Translations under genes and position numbers: made by a program
Part shown: positions 41,433 to 51,100 of the stretch, in pieces
How the letters are laid out: the number at the start of each line of letters is the position of its first letter
How positions within the stretch are numbered: position 1 is the stretch's first letter
Origin: Syntrophales bacterium
GTDB lineage: Bacteria; Desulfobacterota; Syntrophia; Syntrophales; UBA2210
Assembly (NCBI GenBank): GCA_963666365.2
Contig: CAXXNF010000002.1
Coordinates: 640,001 to 704,000 of the forward strand
Length of the DNA: 64,000 nucleotides
Direction: 5' to 3'
Notes under the pieces: model-generated
What the model saw: the letters and a program-made list of their open reading frames with translations, nothing else
Databases searched by the model: none
Told to the model about the DNA's origin: nothing

Positions 41433-42593
41433 TTATTTGTCGGGGCGTTGACGTCCTGAATACTCGACGATCGACACGATTATGGTGATCAAAAATGCCT
41501 GACCCACAAGAAGTATTGCATCTGAAGGGCGTGCATACCGCAGCACGATAGCGCTGATCCCGAGCGTCGCGCATAGAAAATAGATAAAGAGCACCGCTTT
41601 TCTCTTATCGCCGAGGAGTGCATACAGCCGATGATGAATATGATCCGTTCCCACATAATCGATCCATTCCTTTATTGATTTCACTTTGCCTGTGGCGATT
41701 CGCTCAACGGTGATATAGGCCATATCGAATATCAATATCCAGAAAATCAACACAGGCGCAGAGAACGACACAATTCTGCTGTTATCCGCCCAATACCCCT
41801 GAAGCGCCAGCGTCGCGAGAGTGAACCCTATAAACGTACTGCCAGTATCACCGAGATATATCGACGCCGGTCTGGTAATGCAGAAATTAAAGGGTAAAAA
41901 CCCGAGACAGCTTCCCATCAGTGCCAGAGCAATCCATCCCATTAAGGGCTGATTGGTCTGATATGCCACAATTGCCAGAAAGGCGGACATTATTGCACCG
42001 ACGCCGGCGGCCAGCCCATCCATTCCGTCTATGAAATTCATGGCGTTAGTGATTCCTATGATCCATAGTATGGTAAAAATACCATTCAATACCTGTCCCC
42101 ACCAGCGGTGTTCAGGAAAGAGATTGACAATGATGCCGCAGTACATCAATAGAAGGACCACCCCTAACTGCACCATTAACTTTATCCACGCAGGCACCTC
42201 CTTCCAGTCATCGACAAGGCTGACGGAGGCGACCACAATGCCTCCGAGCAGTGATGCAGTCATGGAGCGATCCAGTATCATGTTAGAGAGCAGGGCGCCT
42301 GCAAATGATGCAACGATCGCAATCCCCCCCAAAAGAGGAGTGCGTTCGATATGTATCTTCCTCCCGCCCGGATTGTCCACTACATCAAATTTGAGTGCAA
42401 TAAGGCGCATTATAGGTGTCAAAACGGCCGACAGAGAAAAAGAAAAAAGTAGTATGTAACCCCACCGCATACCGCAGTTACAAAAGAACTCCCTGACGAA
42501 AGGAATGAGAAGAAAGCAGAAAATAACCACAGCGCTGTACCATATGTAGCGCCGCAATTCGGTGGCATGAGATATGTCGAGTATACTCTTCAT
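41433..42593 (-). CDS. WecA/TagO-like polyprenyl-phosphate N-acetylhexosamine-1-phosphate transferase (MraY family)
   Basis: RKIH, PLLGG, VDD, NAMNFIDGMDGL, YLGDTGS, HIHHRL. Confidence 0.9.
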   Translation of the reverse strand: MKSILDISHATELRRYIWYSAVVIFCFLLIPFVREFFCNCGMRWGYILLFSFSLSAVLTPIMRLIALKFDVVDNPGGRKIHIERTPLLGGIAIVASFAGALLSNMILDRSMTASLLGGIVVASVSLVDDWKEVPAWIKLMVQLGVVLLLMYCGIIVNLFPEHRWWGQVLNGIFTILWIIGITNAMNFIDGMDGLAAGVGAIMSAFLAIVAYQTNQPLMGWIALALMGSCLGFLPFNFCITRPASIYLGDTGSTFIGFTLATLALQGYWADNSRIVSFSAPVLIFWILIFDMAYITVERIATGKVKSIKEWIDYVGTDHIHHRLYALLGDKRKAVLFIYFLCATLGISAIVLRYARPSDAILLVGQAFLITIIVSIVEYSGRQRPDK

Positions 42594-42671
42594 TCAAAAA
42601 ACCTTCAGGGCGAAAGAAAAATGCCGCATTTAAAAATTACGTGGGCAATTCTCAATAAAACGGCAGAGTAA

Positions 42672-43727
42672 TTAATCAGGCAATGCATCTTCAAGAGCCA
42701 TGGCGATTCTTTCAACATCTTCATCATCAAGCGATGGATACAGGGGAATGGATACGGCACGTGAAAACACGTCATCAGTGACCGGACAGGCAGGAAATCC
42801 AAGCTGAGCATGCAGCGGTTTGTACACGGGGCGTCTGCATTCTATGTGATGCGATTTCATCTTGTCGGTGAAATCCCGGTTGTCATCCAGTGTAATGACG
42901 TATCTGTAGTATATATGGCGCCGCTCTTCAGGAACCGCCGGAGGAGCTATGCCTCGATTGCGCAGAATCTTTTCATATATATGCGCAATGTCGCTTCTCC
43001 TGTCGAGTGCCCCGGGAAGCTTATTCAACTGACTGATGCCGAGGGCCGCCTGTATATCGGTCATTTTATAATTGTACCGCACTTCATAGAAATCCCGCTC
43101 GTCATAGTCGCGTAAGTTTTTTATTCTGTTGCGCAGTTCTTCGTTATCTGAAGCCACCATCCCCCCTTCCCCGGTGGCAATCACTTTGGTCGCATAAAAA
43201 GAAAAGACAGAGCAGATACCGAAAGACCCTGTCATTCGTCCCCTGAAACGGGCGCCGAGCGATTGGGCGCAATCCTCGATGACCGGAATTCCCAAATCGC
43301 AAATGGCTTCAATTTCCGCCGGCAATCCGAACATGTGGGGCACTATAATCGCTTTTGTCTTGTCTGTAATGTGGCCCTTGATGGACACCACATCGACGTT
43401 GAATGTGTCGTTTTCTATATCGACAATAACGGCACGGGCCTTTACATAACATACGGCATTGAGGAGGGCCGTGCATACATAACTTGGTAGAATCACTTCA
43501 TCGCCCTCGTCAACACCGAGGGCGCGCAGCGCAAGATGAAGTCCTGCGGTACCGGAACTCACGGCAACAGCGCCCTTCACCCCAAGGAATGACGACAGTT
43601 GATCCTCGAACCTGATCACCTGCGGTCCCTGGGCCAGCCATCCTGATTTCAATACCCCGGCGACGGCAGCGTAATCGTCGTCGCCAATCATCGTCCCTGA
43701 ATGGGATATAACCACCTTACGAGACAT
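42672..43727 (-). CDS. DegT/DnrJ/EryC1/StrS PLP-dependent sugar aminotransferase
   Basis: SSGTAGLHLAL, IEDCAQS, SFYATK (PLP Lys), GEGG. Confidence 0.93.
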   Translation of the reverse strand: MSRKVVISHSGTMIGDDDYAAVAGVLKSGWLAQGPQVIRFEDQLSSFLGVKGAVAVSSGTAGLHLALRALGVDEGDEVILPSYVCTALLNAVCYVKARAVIVDIENDTFNVDVVSIKGHITDKTKAIIVPHMFGLPAEIEAICDLGIPVIEDCAQSLGARFRGRMTGSFGICSVFSFYATKVIATGEGGMVASDNEELRNRIKNLRDYDERDFYEVRYNYKMTDIQAALGISQLNKLPGALDRRSDIAHIYEKILRNRGIAPPAVPEERRHIYYRYVITLDDNRDFTDKMKSHHIECRRPVYKPLHAQLGFPACPVTDDVFSRAVSIPLYPSLDDEDVERIAMALEDALPD

Positions 43728-43759
43728 GCCTTTTCTCCAAAACTACCTGCCTGCCCGAC

Positions 43760-44377
43760 CTAAGCCTTTAGGAAGAGTCTAAGCGGCACGAATCCTTCCG
43801 CCAGTTCCACCCGTCCCTGTATGCCCCTGAAGACGGCGGCGGCCTTTGCAATATCGACTATGGACAGTCCCTCGATGTTTGTTTTCTCCGCCTGCGATGT
43901 ATGCGCCAGAAGGGCCTCGATCTTCCCGCTCATCGTGTTTTTGATGTTCATAAATACCGACGGTGAAAAGTTCTGTGTTGTGGGCACTTCATAAAACAGT
44001 ACGTTTTTTGTGTAGCGCGATGCAGACACTGCAGCCCTGTTCAACGCCCTGTGATCCTGATGGCTGTCGTCGTAATAATTGACGAAGCAGATATCAGGGG
44101 ATATTCCTTTGAGAACCGCTTCGATGTCATGGATCATCGAAGTCATCCTATTATTTAATTCTGTGTCTTTGTAGGTTCCCCAGATCACATCGCGACACCC
44201 GAGAATTTCTGCAGACTCGTTCTGTTCATGTCTTCGCGTGTCTGCCCTCCCTCCCCCCTCGCCTTGCGTCATTACCATCAGGTACAGATCATGCCCTTCA
44301 TTTTTATAATTCAAGAGGCTTCCGGCACACCCGATTTCAATGTCATCGGGGTGGGCACCTATGGCGAGAATATTCAT
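43760..44377 (-). CDS. PIG-L/LmbE family deacetylase
   Basis: GAHPDDIE, HQDH, AHTSQ; ATGA overlap with wbqC. Confidence 0.9.
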   Translation of the reverse strand: MNILAIGAHPDDIEIGCAGSLLNYKNEGHDLYLMVMTQGEGGGRADTRRHEQNESAEILGCRDVIWGTYKDTELNNRMTSMIHDIEAVLKGISPDICFVNYYDDSHQDHRALNRAAVSASRYTKNVLFYEVPTTQNFSPSVFMNIKNTMSGKIEALLAHTSQAEKTNIEGLSIVDIAKAAAVFRGIQGRVELAEGFVPLRLFLKA

Positions 44378-45054
44378 GTGTTCCTCCGTAGAATTCGAAG
44401 ACTTTCTCTTCCGCAATTAAAAAGTAAATCAATTGTCGACATAAAGGGTTCAAACTCCCCAAAAAGCTGCGTATAGACAGGATGGGCGTACTCTTGAAAT
44501 ATTACCTTAATGCCACTGTGTTTATACGCATCCATCTGCATGTAATTTCTGCCTCCACTTCCCGCAAGATAGGTGTCACCGCCGAAATGGCGCACAAGTG
44601 AAATCAGCCTGTCGTCAGGATCATCGGGAAAATCGCCGAGTTCCGACGCAACATAGAGAGGCGTGGCAATGCCGAGAATTTCCGCGAGCTTCCTCACTGT
44701 ATAACTGTTTAACTTCGCAAGAGAATCCCATTCCTCTGCAAACAATTCTTCGAAAGACTCCTCCATACGCTTCCAATAGGGCGCCTTGCGATAATTTGTC
44801 AGTAACGCCTGTTTGTGCCTCCGCTGCCATCCGTTATTTTTAATGCACACATCCCTGATAAGTTCAGGAAACCGGTAGGTTACTGGTACGGTGATCCATT
44901 GCCACCCTGCAGCCGTTTTGATTTTGTTCCTGTTTTGCCACTCGTTTTTTTTATACTGTACCGTATCGAGCAGTACGAAGACATCCGACCGGTCTATCTT
45001 GTCAAAATATCCAAGCCAGGGGAGATACTGTGGTTGATGGGCGGAAACAATCAC
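44374..45054 (-). CDS. WbqC-like protein
   Basis: HQPQYLPWLGYFDK, WQNRNKIK, YLAGSGG, HPVYTQ, STIDLLFN. Confidence 0.92.
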   Translation of the reverse strand: MIVSAHQPQYLPWLGYFDKIDRSDVFVLLDTVQYKKNEWQNRNKIKTAAGWQWITVPVTYRFPELIRDVCIKNNGWQRRHKQALLTNYRKAPYWKRMEESFEELFAEEWDSLAKLNSYTVRKLAEILGIATPLYVASELGDFPDDPDDRLISLVRHFGGDTYLAGSGGRNYMQMDAYKHSGIKVIFQEYAHPVYTQLFGEFEPFMSTIDLLFNCGRESLRILRRNT

Positions 45055-45082
45055 TGGGTGCCTTTCTCACATCAGTGTGCGC

Positions 45083-46546
45083 TTATGAATCGGTGGTTTT
45101 TCCTGTATCAACGAATATGGGATTCGAAACAAGCGTTCCCTCACCTATCATGTCAAATCTGTAGTAACTTCTATTATTGCGATCGACTGCCGTGTCTTCA
45201 TATTCAACAGACAAGGGCAACGCGCTCTCAAATGTCGCAATTACCTCTCCCCGGCGTATCAGTCTGACTTTTACCTGGCTGCTTCTGCCTTTCTCGTTAT
45301 TACTTTTCAGGTCAATTTTTATCCTTGGGTGCCCTTCCAATTGAATACATTCACCGGAGTATCCTTTGGCAGCAGCGTTGAGGGAAGAACCGACGGAAAA
45401 TTCCTCCATTACCACCGATTGAGGATACCGGCCTTGATAGGCATAACATCTGCCCTGTTTCAACGCATTCATTACCTCAGCGTGCGTGCGTTTTTTTACA
45501 AGCAATACGGTGGCGTAATTGCCCAGTGTTTCCGCTGAGCCGCCCTCTTCATGAAAATCCGCTGTGGCGATTCCCCATACAGGGCGTGTTCGCAATCCCG
45601 CGCAATACTCTCCCAGCACCTTGTCCCACAGGTTCCCCGGTTCCGTAATGGTAATTCTATCTCCGTAAAGAGCGGCAAAGCCTGTATAATTGCGGGATTC
45701 TTCCAGCACTTGAGGATAGGGGGGAGTATCGACATAAATATAACCAAGTTTTCGCACCCCCGTCTGTGTTTCCGGATAATTCCAGTAGGTAAGTCCTCCA
45801 CTTTTCTCGACATAATCAATGAACAGCTGGTAGGGGGCGATGCCCTGATCTCCTTGATACTGGTCAAAGGGAGAGCTTTTCAATTGACTTCTGTCAGCGA
45901 TGGAAAGCACCACCCAAAGGATGATCAGTATTCCGGCAACTCGACACAATCCCTTCCATCGCACCAGTATGATACTTACTATGAAAAGAATCGCCATGAG
46001 AATGATCTCGGGAAAAGCGATCCTGAGATATTTTTTAGCATATTTGTTATGAATGACGGGAAGTTGTTCATAAGTCTCAGGCTGTTCCATTCCCATGGTC
46101 AATATGCGGCGTTCGTGATTGTGAGCGGTCAGATTCTTTTTCAGGGGTGATCCCGTCCAGTAGTAAAAAGGGACCGATTCTGTCCCTGGAATTATGATCA
46201 TATCAGGATATTTTTCCCTTGCGGCCCTGATTGCCTGTAAATAGTCGCGGATACCGCTGACATGAATTGAGGGTAATGAAACTCTTTTTTTTATCAGGTT
46301 TCTAAAAGGGGGGGGGGCATATTCCATAGCCAGTATATCATGATCGTTGATGACCACTGCTCCATATCCCCTATCACGGGCAGTGGAAACAAGCGATTCA
46401 ATCGTATGGGCGCCATCGCTCATCGTTGATCGTAGATCAATAAGTCCCCTCACCTGCCTATATTCGCCTTCGTTTCCAATCGAAGGGGACGGCAGGCATA
46501 TCATCAGCGTGATGAGAAAAATGATTCCCGCCCGGATTTTATCCAT
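45083..46546 (-). CDS. Membrane-anchored PHP-domain-like protein
   Basis: Signal peptide; SDG, NDHD, IPGTE, ADFH motifs; two internal TM helices. Confidence 0.6.
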   Translation of the reverse strand: MDKIRAGIIFLITLMICLPSPSIGNEGEYRQVRGLIDLRSTMSDGAHTIESLVSTARDRGYGAVVINDHDILAMEYAPPPFRNLIKKRVSLPSIHVSGIRDYLQAIRAAREKYPDMIIIPGTESVPFYYWTGSPLKKNLTAHNHERRILTMGMEQPETYEQLPVIHNKYAKKYLRIAFPEIILMAILFIVSIILVRWKGLCRVAGILIILWVVLSIADRSQLKSSPFDQYQGDQGIAPYQLFIDYVEKSGGLTYWNYPETQTGVRKLGYIYVDTPPYPQVLEESRNYTGFAALYGDRITITEPGNLWDKVLGEYCAGLRTRPVWGIATADFHEEGGSAETLGNYATVLLVKKRTHAEVMNALKQGRCYAYQGRYPQSVVMEEFSVGSSLNAAAKGYSGECIQLEGHPRIKIDLKSNNEKGRSSQVKVRLIRRGEVIATFESALPLSVEYEDTAVDRNNRSYYRFDMIGEGTLVSNPIFVDTGKTTDS

Positions 46547-46564
46547 TACCCGTTCCTCTCAGTC

Positions 46565-47761
46565 TCATATGTCACGATGCCAATTCCTTTGCTGAAGGTG
46601 TCTCTGGTACAACTGATCGATTTTTTCCACCATGGACGCTGCACTGTAGCGAGATGCCAAAGTCTTTCCACATTTTCCCATTTGCAGCCTTTTTGGTTCA
46701 TCGGCAAGCAGTTCAATGATTTTTTCCGCCAATAGAGGTGCGTTGCCGGGAGGAACACGATAGCCATTCACACCGTTTACAACGAGATCGGGAATGCCCC
46801 CCACATCGCTTGCCACGACCGGCTTTTCCATAACCATGGCCTCAACAAGCACCCGTCCCATGCCTTCATTGAGAGAAGGGAGTACGAACACATCGAAGGC
46901 AGACATTATCTCGGCCACATCATTTCTCCATCCCAGAAATATGATGTGATCAGCAAGGCCCCTTTCATTCGCCATCGCCTGAAGAAATGGCCGGTCATCC
47001 CCATCGCCAAGAATCACAAAAGTGCACGTCGGAAAGTGTTCCCTTACCTTCGCGGCGGCTTTTACAAAATATTCCTGTCCTTTAATTGCAGTACAACGGC
47101 CCACTGTTCCCACAACAGGGATGTTTTTCTTGATCTTCAATAGCTTTTTCCTGTGTGATGACTTTTTTGGACCATCCTGAAAGCGTTTTACATCAATTCC
47201 GCTGTGTATCACATCATATTTATCCGGTGGCGCAATGTGATATGCGATGTGATCATTCTTTTCTCTGTCTGTAAGCATTACCAGCGAGTCCGTGATACGC
47301 GCAGTTATCCTCTCCACAACAATAAATACTCCAGTTTTTAATTTCCCGAAGTATCCCCAGAACACATGACCATGGGGCGTATGAATGATGATGGGAACCC
47401 GGCAGAGAAAGGCGGCCCAGCGCCCCAGAATCCCGGCCTTGGATGTGTGGGTATGCACAATATGGGGCCGCGTTTTTCTAAAAAGCGCGACCATTGACAC
47501 AAATGCCCGCAGATCAGAAACGGGCTTCAGGGCGCGCACAAGTGCCGGTATCTCCACAATCTTCACCCCCGCATGTGTGAGTTCTGAAAAATTGCAGGCA
47601 ACAGATTTCTGCTCTTCAATGCCCATTTGCGATTCCGTGGCAAGACCCGTGACAAGAGATATATCATAGCCAAGCTGCGCAAGTCCTCTTGAAGACAGAA
47701 AGGTATTCTCGGCCGAACCGCCCTTGTCAAATCGCGTGATAATATGGACTACTTTGAACAT
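46565..47761 (-). CDS. Glycosyltransferase family 4
   Basis: HTHTSKAG, HTPHGH, PSLNEGMGRVLVEAM (EX7E); start uncertain. Confidence 0.92.
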   Translation of the reverse strand: MFKVVHIITRFDKGGSAENTFLSSRGLAQLGYDISLVTGLATESQMGIEEQKSVACNFSELTHAGVKIVEIPALVRALKPVSDLRAFVSMVALFRKTRPHIVHTHTSKAGILGRWAAFLCRVPIIIHTPHGHVFWGYFGKLKTGVFIVVERITARITDSLVMLTDREKNDHIAYHIAPPDKYDVIHSGIDVKRFQDGPKKSSHRKKLLKIKKNIPVVGTVGRCTAIKGQEYFVKAAAKVREHFPTCTFVILGDGDDRPFLQAMANERGLADHIIFLGWRNDVAEIMSAFDVFVLPSLNEGMGRVLVEAMVMEKPVVASDVGGIPDLVVNGVNGYRVPPGNAPLLAEKIIELLADEPKRLQMGKCGKTLASRYSAASMVEKIDQLYQRHLQQRNWHRDI

Positions 47762-47831
47762 TCCTTGAACTCGCAATTTAATATGCTTCTGCTGTTTCAG
47801 TCAGTACATGGAGATCCCTCAAGGTGTCAGA

Positions 47832-49751
47832 TCAGCTATTGCAGCAATAGCGTTCGTACCAGTATTGAAATACTATCAGGTTCCACATATGCCATGAAAG
47901 GTCAGTAGTGCCGTCCATAAATGAACGTTTCAGCGATGAAACCACTTCCGGTTGAAACAGGCCTTGTGAGGCAAGGCGCCCTTCATCGAGATACTCGTCA
48001 ACCAGATGCCGCAATTCCCTTTTCAGCCATTGTCCGATGGGAACCTCGAATCCCCATTTGGGACGATGATAAAGAGACTTCGGGATTATATCCCGAAAGG
48101 TCTCGATTAATATGTATTTACCCTGGCCATGGCGCAATTTTAGCGCACCTTCAAGTGAGAACGCAAGTTCACAGAACCGATGGTCGAGCATGGGAACGCG
48201 TGCTTCGAGAGAATGGGACATGGACGTTGCATCCACTTTTCTCAACATATCTCCCGGAAGAGATACCTTGAAATCCGCATAGAGCATGCGATTCACCTTG
48301 TCGAAGTTCTTTTCTTTAAGAGCATCAGCAAAAATATTTTCTGCTGAATCATGGTCATCAACTTGATGCTCCAGAAGACTCATTCTAATATCTCGTGAAA
48401 ATATTTCGTTCCAGGCAAAAAATCTCTCCTCGAAATTATCCTTCCCCGCGCCTTGCAAAAACTTCTTCACTCTCCGCAGATATTCCAGGTATAACCTGTA
48501 CCGGGAGTCGGGAAGCATCCGGCCTAAGGGCTCTAAAATATTTTTTCTTATCACTAAGGGAATTTTCCTGTACCGTTCATAGATTGATTCACCCTGATAC
48601 ATCCGGTAGCCGGCAAATAGTTCGTCGCCGCCGTCTCCCGTCAATGCGACCTTGACATTCCTCGCTGTTTCCCGTGACACAATAAAAGCTGGAATTACTG
48701 AAGAATCAGCAAAAGGCTCATCAAGCACATCAAGTATGTCAGGTATTGAATTGATCATACTCTGTGCACTCAGTTTGATCTCATGATGATCGGTACGGTT
48801 AAAAACCGCAACATCCCTCGCGTAGTGTGTCTCATCAAACAGGGGCATGTCGGTGTATCCTATAGAATATGTTTTAACAGGTTTCGCCGAGTTCCTCGCC
48901 ATAAGTCCCACAATTATGCTTGAATCAATGCCTCCACTTAAAAATGCTCCAACGGGCACATCGGCAACCATGCGTATCTTCACCGCTTCTTCCAATGTGG
49001 AATAGAGACGGGTTTTGATTTCGGGAACGTACTGGCTATTCACGTTATTTTCCAGGGTTATCCCTTCTTCAAGGTTCCAGTAGCGATAGGTTTCGGTTTT
49101 CCCGTTGCAGTAGGTGAGTGTATGACCGGGTTCGAGTTTTTTAAGCCCCTTAAAGATAGTATGGGGGTGCGGAATATAGTTGAGTGAAAAATACAGATCG
49201 ACTGAATTCCAGTCTATAACTTTGGTGAAATCAGGATCTTGTAAAATACTTTTTATCTCAGATGAAAAAATCAGAGAAGAAGAATCCTCAAAGTAGAGGA
49301 TTGGTTTTATACCCACGCGATCTCTGCAAAGCACCAGTAGTGACTTTCTTTCGTCCCAGATCGCAAAGGCATACATGCCGATGAGATTTCTGAAACCGTC
49401 GACACCTTCCTCTTCATAGAGATGAATGACCGTTTCGCAATCGGTATTTGAAAAAAACCGATGTCCCCGGGATTCCAATTCCGATCTCAGGTTCTGAAAA
49501 TTGAAAATTTCGCCGTTGAACACCATGCATATGGTGTGATCCTCATTCCATAAAGGCTGACGACCCCGTTTCGAAAGATCGATGATACGCAATCTTCTGT
49601 GTCCCAAGCCGACGTGTGCATAAGATGCATTATTCACGTATATGCCTTCATCATCCGGTCCCCGATGACGGAGGGCGGCAGTCATTCGCGTGATGATCTT
49701 TCTGTTGATCGGCACATTGCCCTGAGTTATCTTTCCGCAGATTCCGCACAT
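47832..49751 (-). CDS. asnB: Asparagine synthase (glutamine-hydrolysing)-like amidotransferase
   Basis: N-terminal MCGICG, HRGPD, FNGEIFN, LSGGIDSS, TGDGGDELFAGY. Confidence 0.93.
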   Translation of the reverse strand: MCGICGKITQGNVPINRKIITRMTAALRHRGPDDEGIYVNNASYAHVGLGHRRLRIIDLSKRGRQPLWNEDHTICMVFNGEIFNFQNLRSELESRGHRFFSNTDCETVIHLYEEEGVDGFRNLIGMYAFAIWDERKSLLVLCRDRVGIKPILYFEDSSSLIFSSEIKSILQDPDFTKVIDWNSVDLYFSLNYIPHPHTIFKGLKKLEPGHTLTYCNGKTETYRYWNLEEGITLENNVNSQYVPEIKTRLYSTLEEAVKIRMVADVPVGAFLSGGIDSSIIVGLMARNSAKPVKTYSIGYTDMPLFDETHYARDVAVFNRTDHHEIKLSAQSMINSIPDILDVLDEPFADSSVIPAFIVSRETARNVKVALTGDGGDELFAGYRMYQGESIYERYRKIPLVIRKNILEPLGRMLPDSRYRLYLEYLRRVKKFLQGAGKDNFEERFFAWNEIFSRDIRMSLLEHQVDDHDSAENIFADALKEKNFDKVNRMLYADFKVSLPGDMLRKVDATSMSHSLEARVPMLDHRFCELAFSLEGALKLRHGQGKYILIETFRDIIPKSLYHRPKWGFEVPIGQWLKRELRHLVDEYLDEGRLASQGLFQPEVVSSLKRSFMDGTTDLSWHMWNLIVFQYWYERYCCNS

Positions 49752-49755
49752 ATTT

Positions 49756-50970
49756 TCAAAAAAGGGCCTCCAGGCGCTCAATGTTGAGATCCCATGAGTA
49801 GTGATCTTCTACGAATTTCCTGCACAGAGGGGATATTTCCGTCCATTCTTCCGGTTTTTCCCGAATTAAACGGCAGTAATGAATAATGAGATCTGCCATC
49901 GCTTCAGGGCTTGTATCATGGAAGAGATATTTTGAATCAAATCGATTCAATATTTCAAGCGTGCCTCCTATGGGTGTTCCCAGTACTGGAATTCCTGATG
50001 CAAGTGCTTCAAGGGTAATGAGGCCGAACCCTTCAAGCTCAATTGTCGGCAGAATAAAAAAATCAGATGCCCCATAATAACAGGGAAGTTGTGCTTCAGG
50101 GATAAAACCGGCAAATATGACGTCTCTTGAAATATGAAGATCTTCAGAAAGAATTTTCAGCTTCCCTAGAAGCGATCCCTGCCCGCCTATCACAAGACAT
50201 ACCCTGGGCTCTGAATCTCGTACGTTCTTGAATGCCCTCAAAAGATTTTCCAGTCCCATTCGGGGAACAAGATTCCTTACTGTCAAGAGAAGGATTCTAT
50301 CCTGCGGAAGCCCCAGACATTTCCTGTCTGCGTTTTTATCCGTGGTCGGTCGAAATTTATCGAGATCAACGCCTCCCGGAATAACACGTATCATTTCAGG
50401 AGAAAGGCTATGGGTTTCAATCAATTTCTTTCGTGTGTAGTCACTTAAAACGGTTACTGTATCTGAAACCTGCAGTGCTCTTCGCTCAATATATTTTCTT
50501 ATTGTCACATTCAGCCAGTGTGAAAGATATTGCCTCACACCGACGGGCTTGCCCCGCCTTGATATGAATTCTTCAAAAGAAAGAGAATGACATGTATACA
50601 TCTTCTTTACGGGCAGGCATAATTCAGATCGTGATATCGCATAGGCGGAAAATGGCTGGTGAAAGTTGATTACATCAAATGAATGCGTCAGGTGAAGTGT
50701 TTCAAAGAGCCGCCGACACCCCTGTAGCGTTTGTCGAATAAATTGAAACTGACGCGCCGGACAGGCCTCATATCTCCACTCAATTACACCATCTGCTTCC
50801 CCGCGGCATGATTGATGGACAGGCATCTTTCTGGTAATGATATGGACGTTGTGACCCTTGGCCGCCAGCCTTTTGGTCTGTTCATAAAGTACCCGTTCCG
50901 CACCGCCGATCACATTACTGATCGACACATCGGCGACAAAAAGAATATTTCTCCCTTTTCGCATGGGCAC
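49756..50970 (-). CDS. Glycosyltransferase family 4
   Basis: GGAER, PTIELEGFGLITLEALASG. Confidence 0.92.
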   Translation of the reverse strand: MPMRKGRNILFVADVSISNVIGGAERVLYEQTKRLAAKGHNVHIITRKMPVHQSCRGEADGVIEWRYEACPARQFQFIRQTLQGCRRLFETLHLTHSFDVINFHQPFSAYAISRSELCLPVKKMYTCHSLSFEEFISRRGKPVGVRQYLSHWLNVTIRKYIERRALQVSDTVTVLSDYTRKKLIETHSLSPEMIRVIPGGVDLDKFRPTTDKNADRKCLGLPQDRILLLTVRNLVPRMGLENLLRAFKNVRDSEPRVCLVIGGQGSLLGKLKILSEDLHISRDVIFAGFIPEAQLPCYYGASDFFILPTIELEGFGLITLEALASGIPVLGTPIGGTLEILNRFDSKYLFHDTSPEAMADLIIHYCRLIREKPEEWTEISPLCRKFVEDHYSWDLNIERLEALF

Positions 50971-51100
50971 ACACTAGCATAAATATAATCATCAGTTCAG
51001 TAAAAAGATAAAAGAAACAAAATATTCTCTTTTACTCAAGTAATTTGCGGTTAGAAAATTGCATATGCAGTACGGTGTACACTATGGAGTGGTCCGATTA

